64,000 nt of DNA from an uncultured Rikenellaceae bacterium (GTDB lineage Bacteria; Bacteroidota; Bacteroidia; Bacteroidales; VadinHA17). Each line of letters starts with the position of its first letter. Position 1 is the first letter of the stretch. The stretch covers positions 2,093-66,092 of the forward strand of contig CAZWZQ010000012.1 in NCBI GenBank assembly GCA_964638955.1. Reading direction: 5' to 3'. The notes beneath the pieces were generated by a model. The model worked only from the letters and a program-made list of their open reading frames with translations. It ran no database searches and was not told the origin of the DNA. This document shows positions 56,096 through 64,000 of the stretch, in pieces. The position numbers and the translations under genes were made by a program.

Positions 56096-57493
56096 TCAAA
56101 ATCCAAAATACTCCTTTGCATTTTTGTAAGATATTCCTTCTATCAATGGTTTAAGAAGCTCTTCCTCATCGGGTATGAGTCCCTTTTCAACCTGCTCTCC
56201 GACATAGTTGCATACGAGACGTCTGAAGTATTCGTGGCGGGGGTAGGAGAGAAAGCTTCTGGAATCAGTCACCATTCCCACAAATCTTCTTAACAGACCA
56301 AGGGACGAAAGATCTCTTAAATGCTTTTCCAAACCGTTTTTCTGATCAAGAAACCACCAGGCAGCACCATACTGAACCTTTCCGGGCGATGAACCATCAT
56401 TAAAATTGCCGGCCATCGTAATAAACATCTCGTTATCGGAGGGATTAAGGTTGTATAGTATGCTCTTCGCAAGCTGATCTGTTTCATCCAGGCTGTTTAA
56501 AAATCCTGACATTTTAAGGGCATCCTGGGGAGCTCCGATTGAATCCCATCCGGTATCGGGACCCATTTGTCTGAACAAGCGGCTGTTGTTATTTCTTATT
56601 GCTCCTGCATGAAATTGTTGTGTCCAGCCTCTCTTGTGATTCATACGGCATAATTCTGTCATTATCGCAGTCCTGTATTTCTCTGACTCCTCGCATGATA
56701 CTGCTTTTCCTGCGAGCAGTTTTTTGAATATACTGTCAGCCTCCGAGGCAGTAAAAGGAGCAAAATAGAAACGATCAAGACCATGATCCGACAACCTTGT
56801 ACCCATATCATGAAAAAACTGATGCCTCCGGTCAACCATTTCAATAAGGTCATCGAAGGTTTGGATCTGCTTCCCGCAAGCTTCTCCCAACTTTTCAATA
56901 TATGACCTGAATTTCACAGTATCATCTGTTTTTATCAGGTTGTCGGGACGGAATGCAGGCAGTACTTTTACCTCAAATGAGTCTTTTAGTCTTTTGTGAT
57001 GTTCAAGATTATCTGCCGGATCATCAGTGGTGCATACAATTTCGACATTCATCTTCCTTAGCAGTGCTCTGATGCTGTATTCTTCAGACTGAAGGAGTGT
57101 ACTTGCTTTTTCGTAAATCCCTTTTGCCGTTGACGGGGACAGAAGTTCGAAGATCCCAAAGTACCTTGCAAGTTCAAGATGTGTCCAGTGATATAACGGA
57201 TTCCCGACAGCTGCCGGCACTGTTTCTGCCCATTTACCGAATTTGTCGGGATCGGAAGCATTCCCCGTGCAGTATTTTTCGTTGACCCCGTTTGTCCTCA
57301 TTGCACGCCACTTATAATGATCGCCTTCAAGCCATGCCATGGTAAGGTTTTCAAACCGGCGGTCGTCTGCTATCATTTCAGGAGAGAGATGACAATGGAA
57401 ATCAATTACAGGCTGATTATCAGAGTATTGATGATATAATCTTATTGCTGTTTCGTTGTCAAGGAGGAAATTTTCATGAATGAACGGTCTCAT
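56096..57493 (-). CDS. uxaC: Uronate isomerase (start moved to ATG 57493)
   Basis: IDFHCHL, DHYKWRAMR, GAAWWFLDQ, TDSRSFLSYPRHEYFRR. Confidence 0.95.
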   Translation of the reverse strand: MRPFIHENFLLDNETAIRLYHQYSDNQPVIDFHCHLSPEMIADDRRFENLTMAWLEGDHYKWRAMRTNGVNEKYCTGNASDPDKFGKWAETVPAAVGNPLYHWTHLELARYFGIFELLSPSTAKGIYEKASTLLQSEEYSIRALLRKMNVEIVCTTDDPADNLEHHKRLKDSFEVKVLPAFRPDNLIKTDDTVKFRSYIEKLGEACGKQIQTFDDLIEMVDRRHQFFHDMGTRLSDHGLDRFYFAPFTASEADSIFKKLLAGKAVSCEESEKYRTAIMTELCRMNHKRGWTQQFHAGAIRNNNSRLFRQMGPDTGWDSIGAPQDALKMSGFLNSLDETDQLAKSILYNLNPSDNEMFITMAGNFNDGSSPGKVQYGAAWWFLDQKNGLEKHLRDLSSLGLLRRFVGMVTDSRSFLSYPRHEYFRRLVCNYVGEQVEKGLIPDEEELLKPLIEGISYKNAKEYFGF

Positions 57494-57542
57494 ACGGGAA
57501 AAGTTTTTAAGATGACAAGTCAATTCTGCAATATAACAAATA

Positions 57543-57568
57543 TATTTTCGTTAACGATAACGAAAATA
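57543..57568. promoter_or_regulatory. Candidate operator overlapping the uxaC promoter
   Basis: TATTTTCGTTA-ACGA-TAACGAAAATA (11-4-11); TATATTTG -7 element on the minus strand at 57537-57544. Confidence 0.55.
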
Positions 57569-57654
57569 AAAATTAGCTGTCATTCTTTAAATAAATATCA
57601 ACAGGATTTGATAATCCGGAAAAGGACTCCGGTTAAAAAGGGTTTAATCATTAA

Positions 57655-57705
57655 TTGTCTATCCGGTCAAAGATTGTATTTTTGTCTAATACGGATAACC
57701 GGTTA
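57655..57705 (+). promoter_or_regulatory. Bacteroidota-type promoter of kduI with a downstream palindrome
   Basis: TTG-N19-TATTTTTG (57677-57684), then TAACCGGTTA at 57696-57705. Confidence 0.5.
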
Positions 57706-57769
57706 GCGGCTTCCGGCTGCCGGCCAACTGCGAGTAAAAATGTAAAACATAATATTTAAATGCTATATC

Positions 57770-58606
57770 ATGAAAGTTGAGTTACGATACGCTTCACATC
57801 CCATTGATTTTAAGAGTTATCACACAGATAAGATCAGAAAGGAATTCCTGATTGAAAAGATATTTGATACAGATGAGATTTTACTGGTTTATTCATTATA
57901 TGACCGTTATATTGTTGGCGGAGCTATGCCTGTAAACAGGTCTCTTGTTCTTGAATCAGCAGATGATCTTAAATCAGGTTATTTCCTTGAGAGAAGGGAG
58001 ATGGGTATAATAAATGTAGGTGGCAAGGGAATAATTGAAACTTCAGAAGGAAATTATGAACTTGCCTACAAAGAGGCATTATATCTCGGAAAAGAGATTA
58101 AGGAGGTTGTTTTCAGATCGGCCGATCCGCTCAAACCATCCAGGCTGTATATCAACTCTGCCCCGGCTCATCATAAATACCCGACAAAAAAAGTGACTCT
58201 TAAAGATGCTGAAGTTGCAATATTGGGAACTCCGGAAAAATCGAACCATCGAACAATAAATAAATTACTGGTTAACAGTGTTTTACCTACATGCCAGATG
58301 CAAATGGGTATGACTGAGCTTAAACCGGGAAGTGTATGGAACACGATGCCTGTTCATACTCATAACAGAAGGATGGAGGCTTATTTCTACTTTGAAATAC
58401 CAGAGCAACAGGCTGTTTGTCATTTCATGGGAGATCCGGATGAAACTCGTCATATCTGGTTGAGAAATGAACAGGCCGTACTTTCTCCTTCATGGAGTAT
58501 TCACAGTGCAGCCGGCACATCAAATTATACATTTATATGGGGAATGGCAGGTGAGAATCTCGATTACAGCGATATGGATGTCAGATATCCGGACACACTG
58601 AAATAA
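57770..58606 (+). CDS. kduI: 5-keto-4-deoxyuronate isomerase
   Basis: FLERREMG, WNTMPVHTHNRRMEAY, SPSWSIH, MAGEN. Confidence 0.93.
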   Translation: MKVELRYASHPIDFKSYHTDKIRKEFLIEKIFDTDEILLVYSLYDRYIVGGAMPVNRSLVLESADDLKSGYFLERREMGIINVGGKGIIETSEGNYELAYKEALYLGKEIKEVVFRSADPLKPSRLYINSAPAHHKYPTKKVTLKDAEVAILGTPEKSNHRTINKLLVNSVLPTCQMQMGMTELKPGSVWNTMPVHTHNRRMEAYFYFEIPEQQAVCHFMGDPDETRHIWLRNEQAVLSPSWSIHSAAGTSNYTFIWGMAGENLDYSDMDVRYPDTLK

Positions 58607-58616
58607 AAGATTATTT

Positions 58617-59411
58617 ATGAAAGAACTATTTGATCTTACCGGAAAGGTTGCTCTTGTAACAGGAGGAACGCATGGTATCGGACTGGCGATCGGCCTTGTT
58701 CTTGCAAAAGCAGGAGCAAAAGTATGCGTCAATGATATCATGGGTGAAAAACTGGATAGCTGCAAGGCAGAATTTACAAAGAAAGGACTTGATGTTTATA
58801 CTCTGGAATTCGATGTGACTGTTGAAGCAGATGTTGACAGGGGAATATCACAGATAGAGAAAAATATAGGCACAATTGATATCCTGGTCAATAATGCAGG
58901 GATCATAAAACGCATTCCGATTTTGGAAATGCCTCTCTCCGATTACAAACAGGTAATTGATGTAGACCTTGTTGCACCACTGATTGTATCGAAACGTGTA
59001 GTACCGGGTATGATCGAAAAAAGAAGCGGCAAGATCATCAATATGTGTTCAATGATGAGCGTATATGGAAGGAATTCGGTATCTGCATATGCTTCAGCTA
59101 AGGGAGGACTTAAACTTCTGACACAAAATATGACATGTGAATGGGCAAAATATAATATACAGATTAACGGCATTGGTCCCGGATATATTGAAACTGCCCA
59201 AACAGCTGCGATCCGGGAGGATGCTCATCCCTTCAATGATCTGGTCATGACCCGTACCCCGGCAGGCAGATGGGGTAAACCTGAAGATGTAGCCTATGCG
59301 GCACTTTTTCTTGCTTCAAAAGCTTCAGACTTTGTTAACGGCCATATATTATATGTTGATGGCGGTATACTTGCCAATTTCGGTTACATAAAAGGTGAAA
59401 ACGAAGTCTAG
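58617..59411 (+). CDS. kduD: KduD / gluconate 5-dehydrogenase-type SDR
   Basis: TGGTHGIG, NNAGIIKR, YASAK, RTPAGRWG; follows kduI. Confidence 0.82.
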   Translation: MKELFDLTGKVALVTGGTHGIGLAIGLVLAKAGAKVCVNDIMGEKLDSCKAEFTKKGLDVYTLEFDVTVEADVDRGISQIEKNIGTIDILVNNAGIIKRIPILEMPLSDYKQVIDVDLVAPLIVSKRVVPGMIEKRSGKIINMCSMMSVYGRNSVSAYASAKGGLKLLTQNMTCEWAKYNIQINGIGPGYIETAQTAAIREDAHPFNDLVMTRTPAGRWGKPEDVAYAALFLASKASDFVNGHILYVDGGILANFGYIKGENEV

Positions 59412-59421
59412 GATTTTCTCA

Positions 59422-60297
59422 TTACTTTTCAGGAACGTCACCACCCGTAAAATGTACCGATCCTGTTTCTGTTCCTGTTCCTTCTTCCTCTTTTGCCCTG
59501 CCATTGAAATAAAGAATGGTTGCATATATCGGTAGCAGAGGGAAAACGATCGCGTTGGCCAGTGCACCAAGAATTATATAGAGAGGATTGGTTATAAAGT
59601 TTGTAACATTGGCTGCGTCCACAGGATTTGCAAACATTTTAAAAAAACTACCTGAGAATGGGATCATTATCAGCATTGAAAGGATCAATGATATGACTAT
59701 AAGGATAAGGATAAAGACTGCTGTCCATCCCATATTTGACCAGAAACCTTTGTGAGTCAGGTTGAAAGAGCGCCTTATTGCATGTCCTATATTAGTGCCC
59801 TCTACCATAAGTACAGGTAAAAAGAACAGATATAATGTGACCATGTAAAGAGCAACAAAAAAGATACCGATGATTAGTGCAAAAAGTCCCAGTATCAGCG
59901 CAATAGATCCGAAAAAGGCAAAGAGTATTATTATGATCAGGTAGGGTATGAAATATTTCAACGCTTTATAGGATGAAACGAAAATAGTCTCTTCACAGTC
60001 AATCGGATTATAAATGATATAATAATGCAGGATTGTTGTAAAAAGAAGATTTAACAGTGACACTATAATTATCGGCCAGATAAAATCCCTCATTTTATTA
60101 AGCATTTCCTCCGGATCAGTAATATAAGTCAACTCACTGAAATCAATGGATGAAGAGATAAACTGCATGATTAAAGACATGACGAGGGAGATAATGAAGA
60201 GAATGATAAATCTTCCTCTGTAAAAATTCCATAATGAACTCATTGCACTGTCGAGATTGTGCCTGCTGTATAATGGGTGACTGCTAATATTTTCCAT
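59422..60297 (-). CDS. Hypothetical multi-pass membrane protein (start probably ATG 60297)
   Basis: Five to six TM segments; RRSFNLT..FW motif typical of GDPD-membrane-domain-like proteins. Confidence 0.65.
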   Translation of the reverse strand: MENISSHPLYSRHNLDSAMSSLWNFYRGRFIILFIISLVMSLIMQFISSSIDFSELTYITDPEEMLNKMRDFIWPIIIVSLLNLLFTTILHYYIIYNPIDCEETIFVSSYKALKYFIPYLIIIILFAFFGSIALILGLFALIIGIFFVALYMVTLYLFFLPVLMVEGTNIGHAIRRSFNLTHKGFWSNMGWTAVFILILIVISLILSMLIMIPFSGSFFKMFANPVDAANVTNFITNPLYIILGALANAIVFPLLPIYATILYFNGRAKEEEGTGTETGSVHFTGGDVPEK

Positions 60298-60428
60298 GAT
60301 ATTATTCTTATAATATATCAAATCTAAAAAATAATCTTTACAACGACCATCTTTAACTTATCTTTTATTAATTATTCTTTCCAAATAACTAATAACCAAG
60401 AACTAATTACTAATTACAATAATCCCCT

Positions 60429-61028
60429 TCATTTTCCTTTTCTCCACCGTCTCGTCACATTTCCTAATTGCAGTCCAGGACCTGTTTTTTTAGGCGGGAA
60501 AATACCCTCATTCACCCTCTTGATATCTTCAATGGTATAAAATGCTTTTGGATTGAACTTATTGATTATATTGATAACCTCTTCCAGCTCATGACGTTGA
60601 ACAATAGTATAAATAATATGTATTTTTTCCTTTGCACCATGTGCCTCAATACTTGTGGCACCAAAGCCATTGATGTTAAGGTTGTGTACCAGGTCAGGTC
60701 CGTTAAGATGAGCAAAAACCCTTATCATCTGGATGCCCAATGCCAGCCTCTCTTCTATTATCATTCCTATAAAATTGCCTGTTGCAAAGCCTGCAGCATA
60801 GGCAAAATAATTAATGTAATTATCAAGATTCTGCATTATTTTGCTTACAGCTACGATCCAGATAAACACTTCAAAAAAACCCAGTAAAGGTGCAATGCTT
60901 TTTCTTCCTTTTGAAACAAAAATAATTCTCATCGTACCCAATGATACATCACATATACGTGCCAGAAAGATTAAAAATGGCAATATTCCATAGCTGAAAA
61001 GATTTGAGTCAAAGAATGAGGTTTCCAT
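60429..61028 (-). CDS. UPF0316 / DUF2179 membrane protein
   Basis: ARICDVSLGTMR, GFFEVFIW, YAAGFATGN, IEERLALG. Confidence 0.85.
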   Translation of the reverse strand: METSFFDSNLFSYGILPFLIFLARICDVSLGTMRIIFVSKGRKSIAPLLGFFEVFIWIVAVSKIMQNLDNYINYFAYAAGFATGNFIGMIIEERLALGIQMIRVFAHLNGPDLVHNLNINGFGATSIEAHGAKEKIHIIYTIVQRHELEEVINIINKFNPKAFYTIEDIKRVNEGIFPPKKTGPGLQLGNVTRRWRKGK

Positions 61029-61069
61029 GGTGATCAGAGTTTAATTTTATGTGAAGCAAATATAACTAG

Positions 61070-61125
61070 AATGGTGTAATGGTACAATGGTATAATGGTT
61101 CGACGGTGTTGAGGTATTGGAGCGT
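61070..61125. repeat. Degenerate octamer tandem array
   Basis: AATGGTGT AATGGTAC AATGGTAT AATGGTTC GACGGTGT TGAGGTAT... Confidence 0.65.
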
Positions 61126-61203
61126 TAAGTGTGCCTTTCACAAAATCCTTTGTTCAGATACAGTGCCTTAAAGAATATTTAGTCCAGCCTCTAAAGCACT
61201 GAC

Positions 61204-62016
61204 TCAGGAAATATTATTGTTATCATCGTTGATAAGACTCTGAAACTTCCTGGACCAGGCAGTTCCGACCAGCTTTTGTTTTACAAAAAAAAGATTCTCC
61301 TCATCAGGGTTATTGCTATCGATATACCATGGTAAATGACGTGCCTCGTAAGGATAAGCAGTACGATACATCTCAATATTATAATTTGCATGCCTCCGCT
61401 TTGCTCTTGGTCTGTAAAGAGCGAATGTAGTATCAATAGGAGCAAAGTAAAGAAGATCACTCACCTTGTGCTTATAGAAGAACTGTTCATATGAGATTAC
61501 CTCCTGTTTCATGGAATAGCAGTCGGGAAGATCATCAATTTTTAATGAAAATCCAACCTTCTGTGCAAATTTGTGACTCTTTAAAACCTTCAAAAAAAAT
61601 AGCAGGAAATCGTCAGGACATTCATCTATCGGAACAATATCTGAATCGGAATAAACAAAAAAATCATCTTTGAACCTGTTGTAAATACCTGACAACCACA
61701 GGGCATTCTTCCCCAGATTCTTTTCAAGCCTGAAAATCGGATATTTACAGTTATCATAGTACTGTAGCAGCGGAGGATAAGTGGAAAGATTATCTATTAT
61801 AGATATGTTTTTATATCCTCTTTTTTCGAGACTGGCAATCAGTTTCTTAACTGATTCGAGCCTGTTAAAATTATTGATGATAATAGGAATTTCCTTATAA
61901 TCAGTGATTTTTGGAGGTTTTACAAGTTCACAGAGAAAGTTAAAGAAACCCAATAAACGATAGTAGGCATATTTGAAGGAATTCTTAGGAATAATTTTGT
62001 TATTAATGGTGTTCAT
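61204..62016 (-). CDS. GT-A fold (family 2-like) glycosyltransferase
   Basis: IIINNFNR, IIDN.STY, YSDSDIVP DxD motif. Confidence 0.75.
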   Translation of the reverse strand: MNTINNKIIPKNSFKYAYYRLLGFFNFLCELVKPPKITDYKEIPIIINNFNRLESVKKLIASLEKRGYKNISIIDNLSTYPPLLQYYDNCKYPIFRLEKNLGKNALWLSGIYNRFKDDFFVYSDSDIVPIDECPDDFLLFFLKVLKSHKFAQKVGFSLKIDDLPDCYSMKQEVISYEQFFYKHKVSDLLYFAPIDTTFALYRPRAKRRHANYNIEMYRTAYPYEARHLPWYIDSNNPDEENLFFVKQKLVGTAWSRKFQSLINDDNNNIS

Positions 62017-62444
62017 CTGGTATATTTTAATCGCAGGTCAACCTTCCTGTCATAAACATAGTAACAAGATTCATCACAGGAGACCTCATCGTATAAAACC
62101 CTGGGTGTAACAGAATTGATGACAATATATTTTGCATCGCTGGAATATGTTGCAGTTATAGTATATAGTTTATTTACCGGAACATTATGGGTAATAGTAG
62201 CCGATAGTGTGGAGAATGATTCAACTAATATAGAGTCTTCAAGATAACCGTCGTATATATTGACCGTTATAAATGTTGGAGATTTATCAAGTTTGATATT
62301 AAGTATTGCAGTAACAGGTTCATCAGAGGTACATTCAGAACATTTAATGAACCCTGTTACCGGCTTTTCGCAGGAGAAGAATACCACCAGTATTATAAAT
62401 ACAAGAGTATTTCTGAGTTTTCCTATATTGCCTCCTAGTACCAT
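62013..62444 (-). CDS. Hypothetical lipoprotein
   Basis: Hydrophobic stretch ending FFSC, a Bacteroidota-type lipobox; CIKCSEC and CDESC Cys motifs. Confidence 0.65.
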   Translation of the reverse strand: MVLGGNIGKLRNTLVFIILVVFFSCEKPVTGFIKCSECTSDEPVTAILNIKLDKSPTFITVNIYDGYLEDSILVESFSTLSATITHNVPVNKLYTITATYSSDAKYIVINSVTPRVLYDEVSCDESCYYVYDRKVDLRLKYTR

Positions 62445-63874
62445 TTGATTATTTTTACCGGTGCTCTTTCATTATCAAAAAAGAAGTTATAGGAGACTCC
62501 AAATCTGCCCCATACTGGTCCTATCCTGTGAAAATCAGTATTCATGAATTCAACGCCCGATATTAAAATAATGTTGTTCTTTATCCATTTGAGGCTGATA
62601 CACGGGATCACTTTGAAGCAGTTATCTGGCCTGATTAAGGTACCTTTAAACTTGCTTCCGAATGAATAAGCTGCAGATAATGAAGGAGAAAGGAGAATGT
62701 TGCTTTTAAACATATTATCGGTAAGGGGAAAATCTTTAAACACCCCTGCATGTACTATTGAACTCCTGTCAAGGTACTGGTAATACAGATAATCGCTTTC
62801 CTTTACCAGTACCCGTGTATGCCATAATTTGGTATCAAGGCCTGCAATGAATCCAAGGTTCAGGAGAGGCTCCTTGAATGCGAAACTGATACCGGTGAAT
62901 ATATCCCTGAAATCCGACTTGAATGATAATGTTAATGCCAGCTGATCTACCTCAAGTTTCTTGTTTGTAGGAAATTCATTCCTTTCCAGGAGTTTAATAA
63001 TATCCTTTCGGCTGTATCTGACTGCTATATTATAAGGATTTATAGCTTTTCTTTCAGGGTCGGTCCACCTGTCACCGGATTTAATAAGTATCTCTGCTGC
63101 ATTTTCCTGGTCGGCCCTTATGGTTATATCCAATGCATCCCATCGGTACTTGTTTTGAGTATATATATCGACTCCTTTTTGCCTGAGAAGATTCATTATG
63201 AGTGTATCTCCGTTTTGTGCGGCGATCAGAAATGGTGTAAATCCCTCATTATCCCTTGCTTCCATATTTGCGCCATTCTGGATAAGAAGATCGGCAACAT
63301 TAGCATGACCAGCCCATATTGCAGCCATCAGGGGAGTTGTGCCATCAAATGCCTTTTGATCAGTTTCAGCCCCATAGTATAGAAGAAGATCGGTGATATA
63401 TATGTATCCGTATATAGATGCATAGTGTAGTGGTGCAGCCCCGTAATTATCTATATAATTTACTTCGGCCCCATATCGTATCAGGGTTTCTGCTATTTCA
63501 AAGTTTTGATTCCTGACAGCTATTGTCAGAGGTGTTTCGTACCTGTTTGTAATCCTGTTTACATCGGCACCATATTTAATAAGTATATATGCACTTTTCG
63601 TCTTGTCGTTTTGAACAGCGAAAATAAGCGGAGTGGCACCCTCTTCTGTCTCAATATCAATATCAGCTCCCATAAGGGCCATTCTTTCTATCTCTGTGTC
63701 GTATCCTTTTGAGGCTGCAATCATCAGGTTGTATTCAAGAGCACCGAATGAGGAAAGAGGAAGATATTCTGAAGTATCGATATTAACTATTTCAGCCTGT
63801 GGTAATACCTTTAAAGATATAACCATAAAGTCTATAAGCAGAAAAATGTGCTTTAATGACATTTTTTTTGACAT
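62435..63874 (-). CDS. Exported ankyrin-repeat protein with a C-terminal beta-strand-rich domain
   Basis: Signal peptide; about seven ankyrin repeats (GATPLIFA, ETPLTIA, AAPLHYA, GTTPLMAA, GFTPFLIA); TAACTTTG -7 element at 63883-63890. Confidence 0.8.
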   Translation of the reverse strand: MSKKMSLKHIFLLIDFMVISLKVLPQAEIVNIDTSEYLPLSSFGALEYNLMIAASKGYDTEIERMALMGADIDIETEEGATPLIFAVQNDKTKSAYILIKYGADVNRITNRYETPLTIAVRNQNFEIAETLIRYGAEVNYIDNYGAAPLHYASIYGYIYITDLLLYYGAETDQKAFDGTTPLMAAIWAGHANVADLLIQNGANMEARDNEGFTPFLIAAQNGDTLIMNLLRQKGVDIYTQNKYRWDALDITIRADQENAAEILIKSGDRWTDPERKAINPYNIAVRYSRKDIIKLLERNEFPTNKKLEVDQLALTLSFKSDFRDIFTGISFAFKEPLLNLGFIAGLDTKLWHTRVLVKESDYLYYQYLDRSSIVHAGVFKDFPLTDNMFKSNILLSPSLSAAYSFGSKFKGTLIRPDNCFKVIPCISLKWIKNNIILISGVEFMNTDFHRIGPVWGRFGVSYNFFFDNERAPVKIIKWY

Positions 63875-64000
63875 CGTGGCTACAAAGTTAATTCTTTGAA
63901 CTTAATCCGGCATATCTGCCAGTTGCGTTTTTTTATGAGGCCAGTCGAATTGTGTATTTCTTTTCATAAAATTTAATATTTTATTTTACTCCTGAAAAGA

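Noticed and set aside
1504-63899. Numerous 60-220 aa alternative-frame or antisense ORFs in the track (e.g. 55426-56091, 37170-37880, 32068-32511, 8130-8567)
   Set aside because: They lie within well-supported genes, mostly antisense, and show no recognisable motifs; treated as shadow ORFs.

Overview
Low-GC chromosomal window from an anaerobic Bacteroidota, probably Bacteroidales (inferred from TAnnTTTG promoters, mostly SD-less starts and Bacteroides-type gene families). It has four blocks. (1) 1-11 kb: a signalling cluster (TonB-dependent receptor end, YfiR, CHASE8/HAMP hybrid kinase, REC-kinase, REC-PP2C, two PAS kinases). (2) 13-39 kb: a hydrogen-metabolism island. A minus-strand operon joins an AsrA/AsrB-like (sulfhydrogenase beta/gamma) NAD(P)H module, a cNMP-domain protein and a ferredoxin to a group 4 [NiFe] hydrogenase with a full Mrp set. 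Divergent from it is rex-hypFCDEAB, with a perfect Rex box. A GNAT-deacetylase fusion and a trimeric [FeFe] hydrogenase with non-bifurcating signatures follow. The [NiFe] operon is interrupted by a 99-bp MITE and by a four-helix-bundle gene enclosed in inverted heptamer arrays. (3) 39-48 kb: housekeeping genes (Isf-like flavoprotein, dinB, HD protein, mqnA, purB, MsbA-like ABC, GH35). (4) 48-59 kb: a hexuronate cluster that appears to run uxaC/uxaE > uxuB > LarA-family epimerase > gnd rather than the uxuA-kdgK-eda route; membrane and envelope genes follow. No rRNA, tRNA, CRISPR array or transposase was seen. All assignments come from reading motifs by eye; no searches were run.
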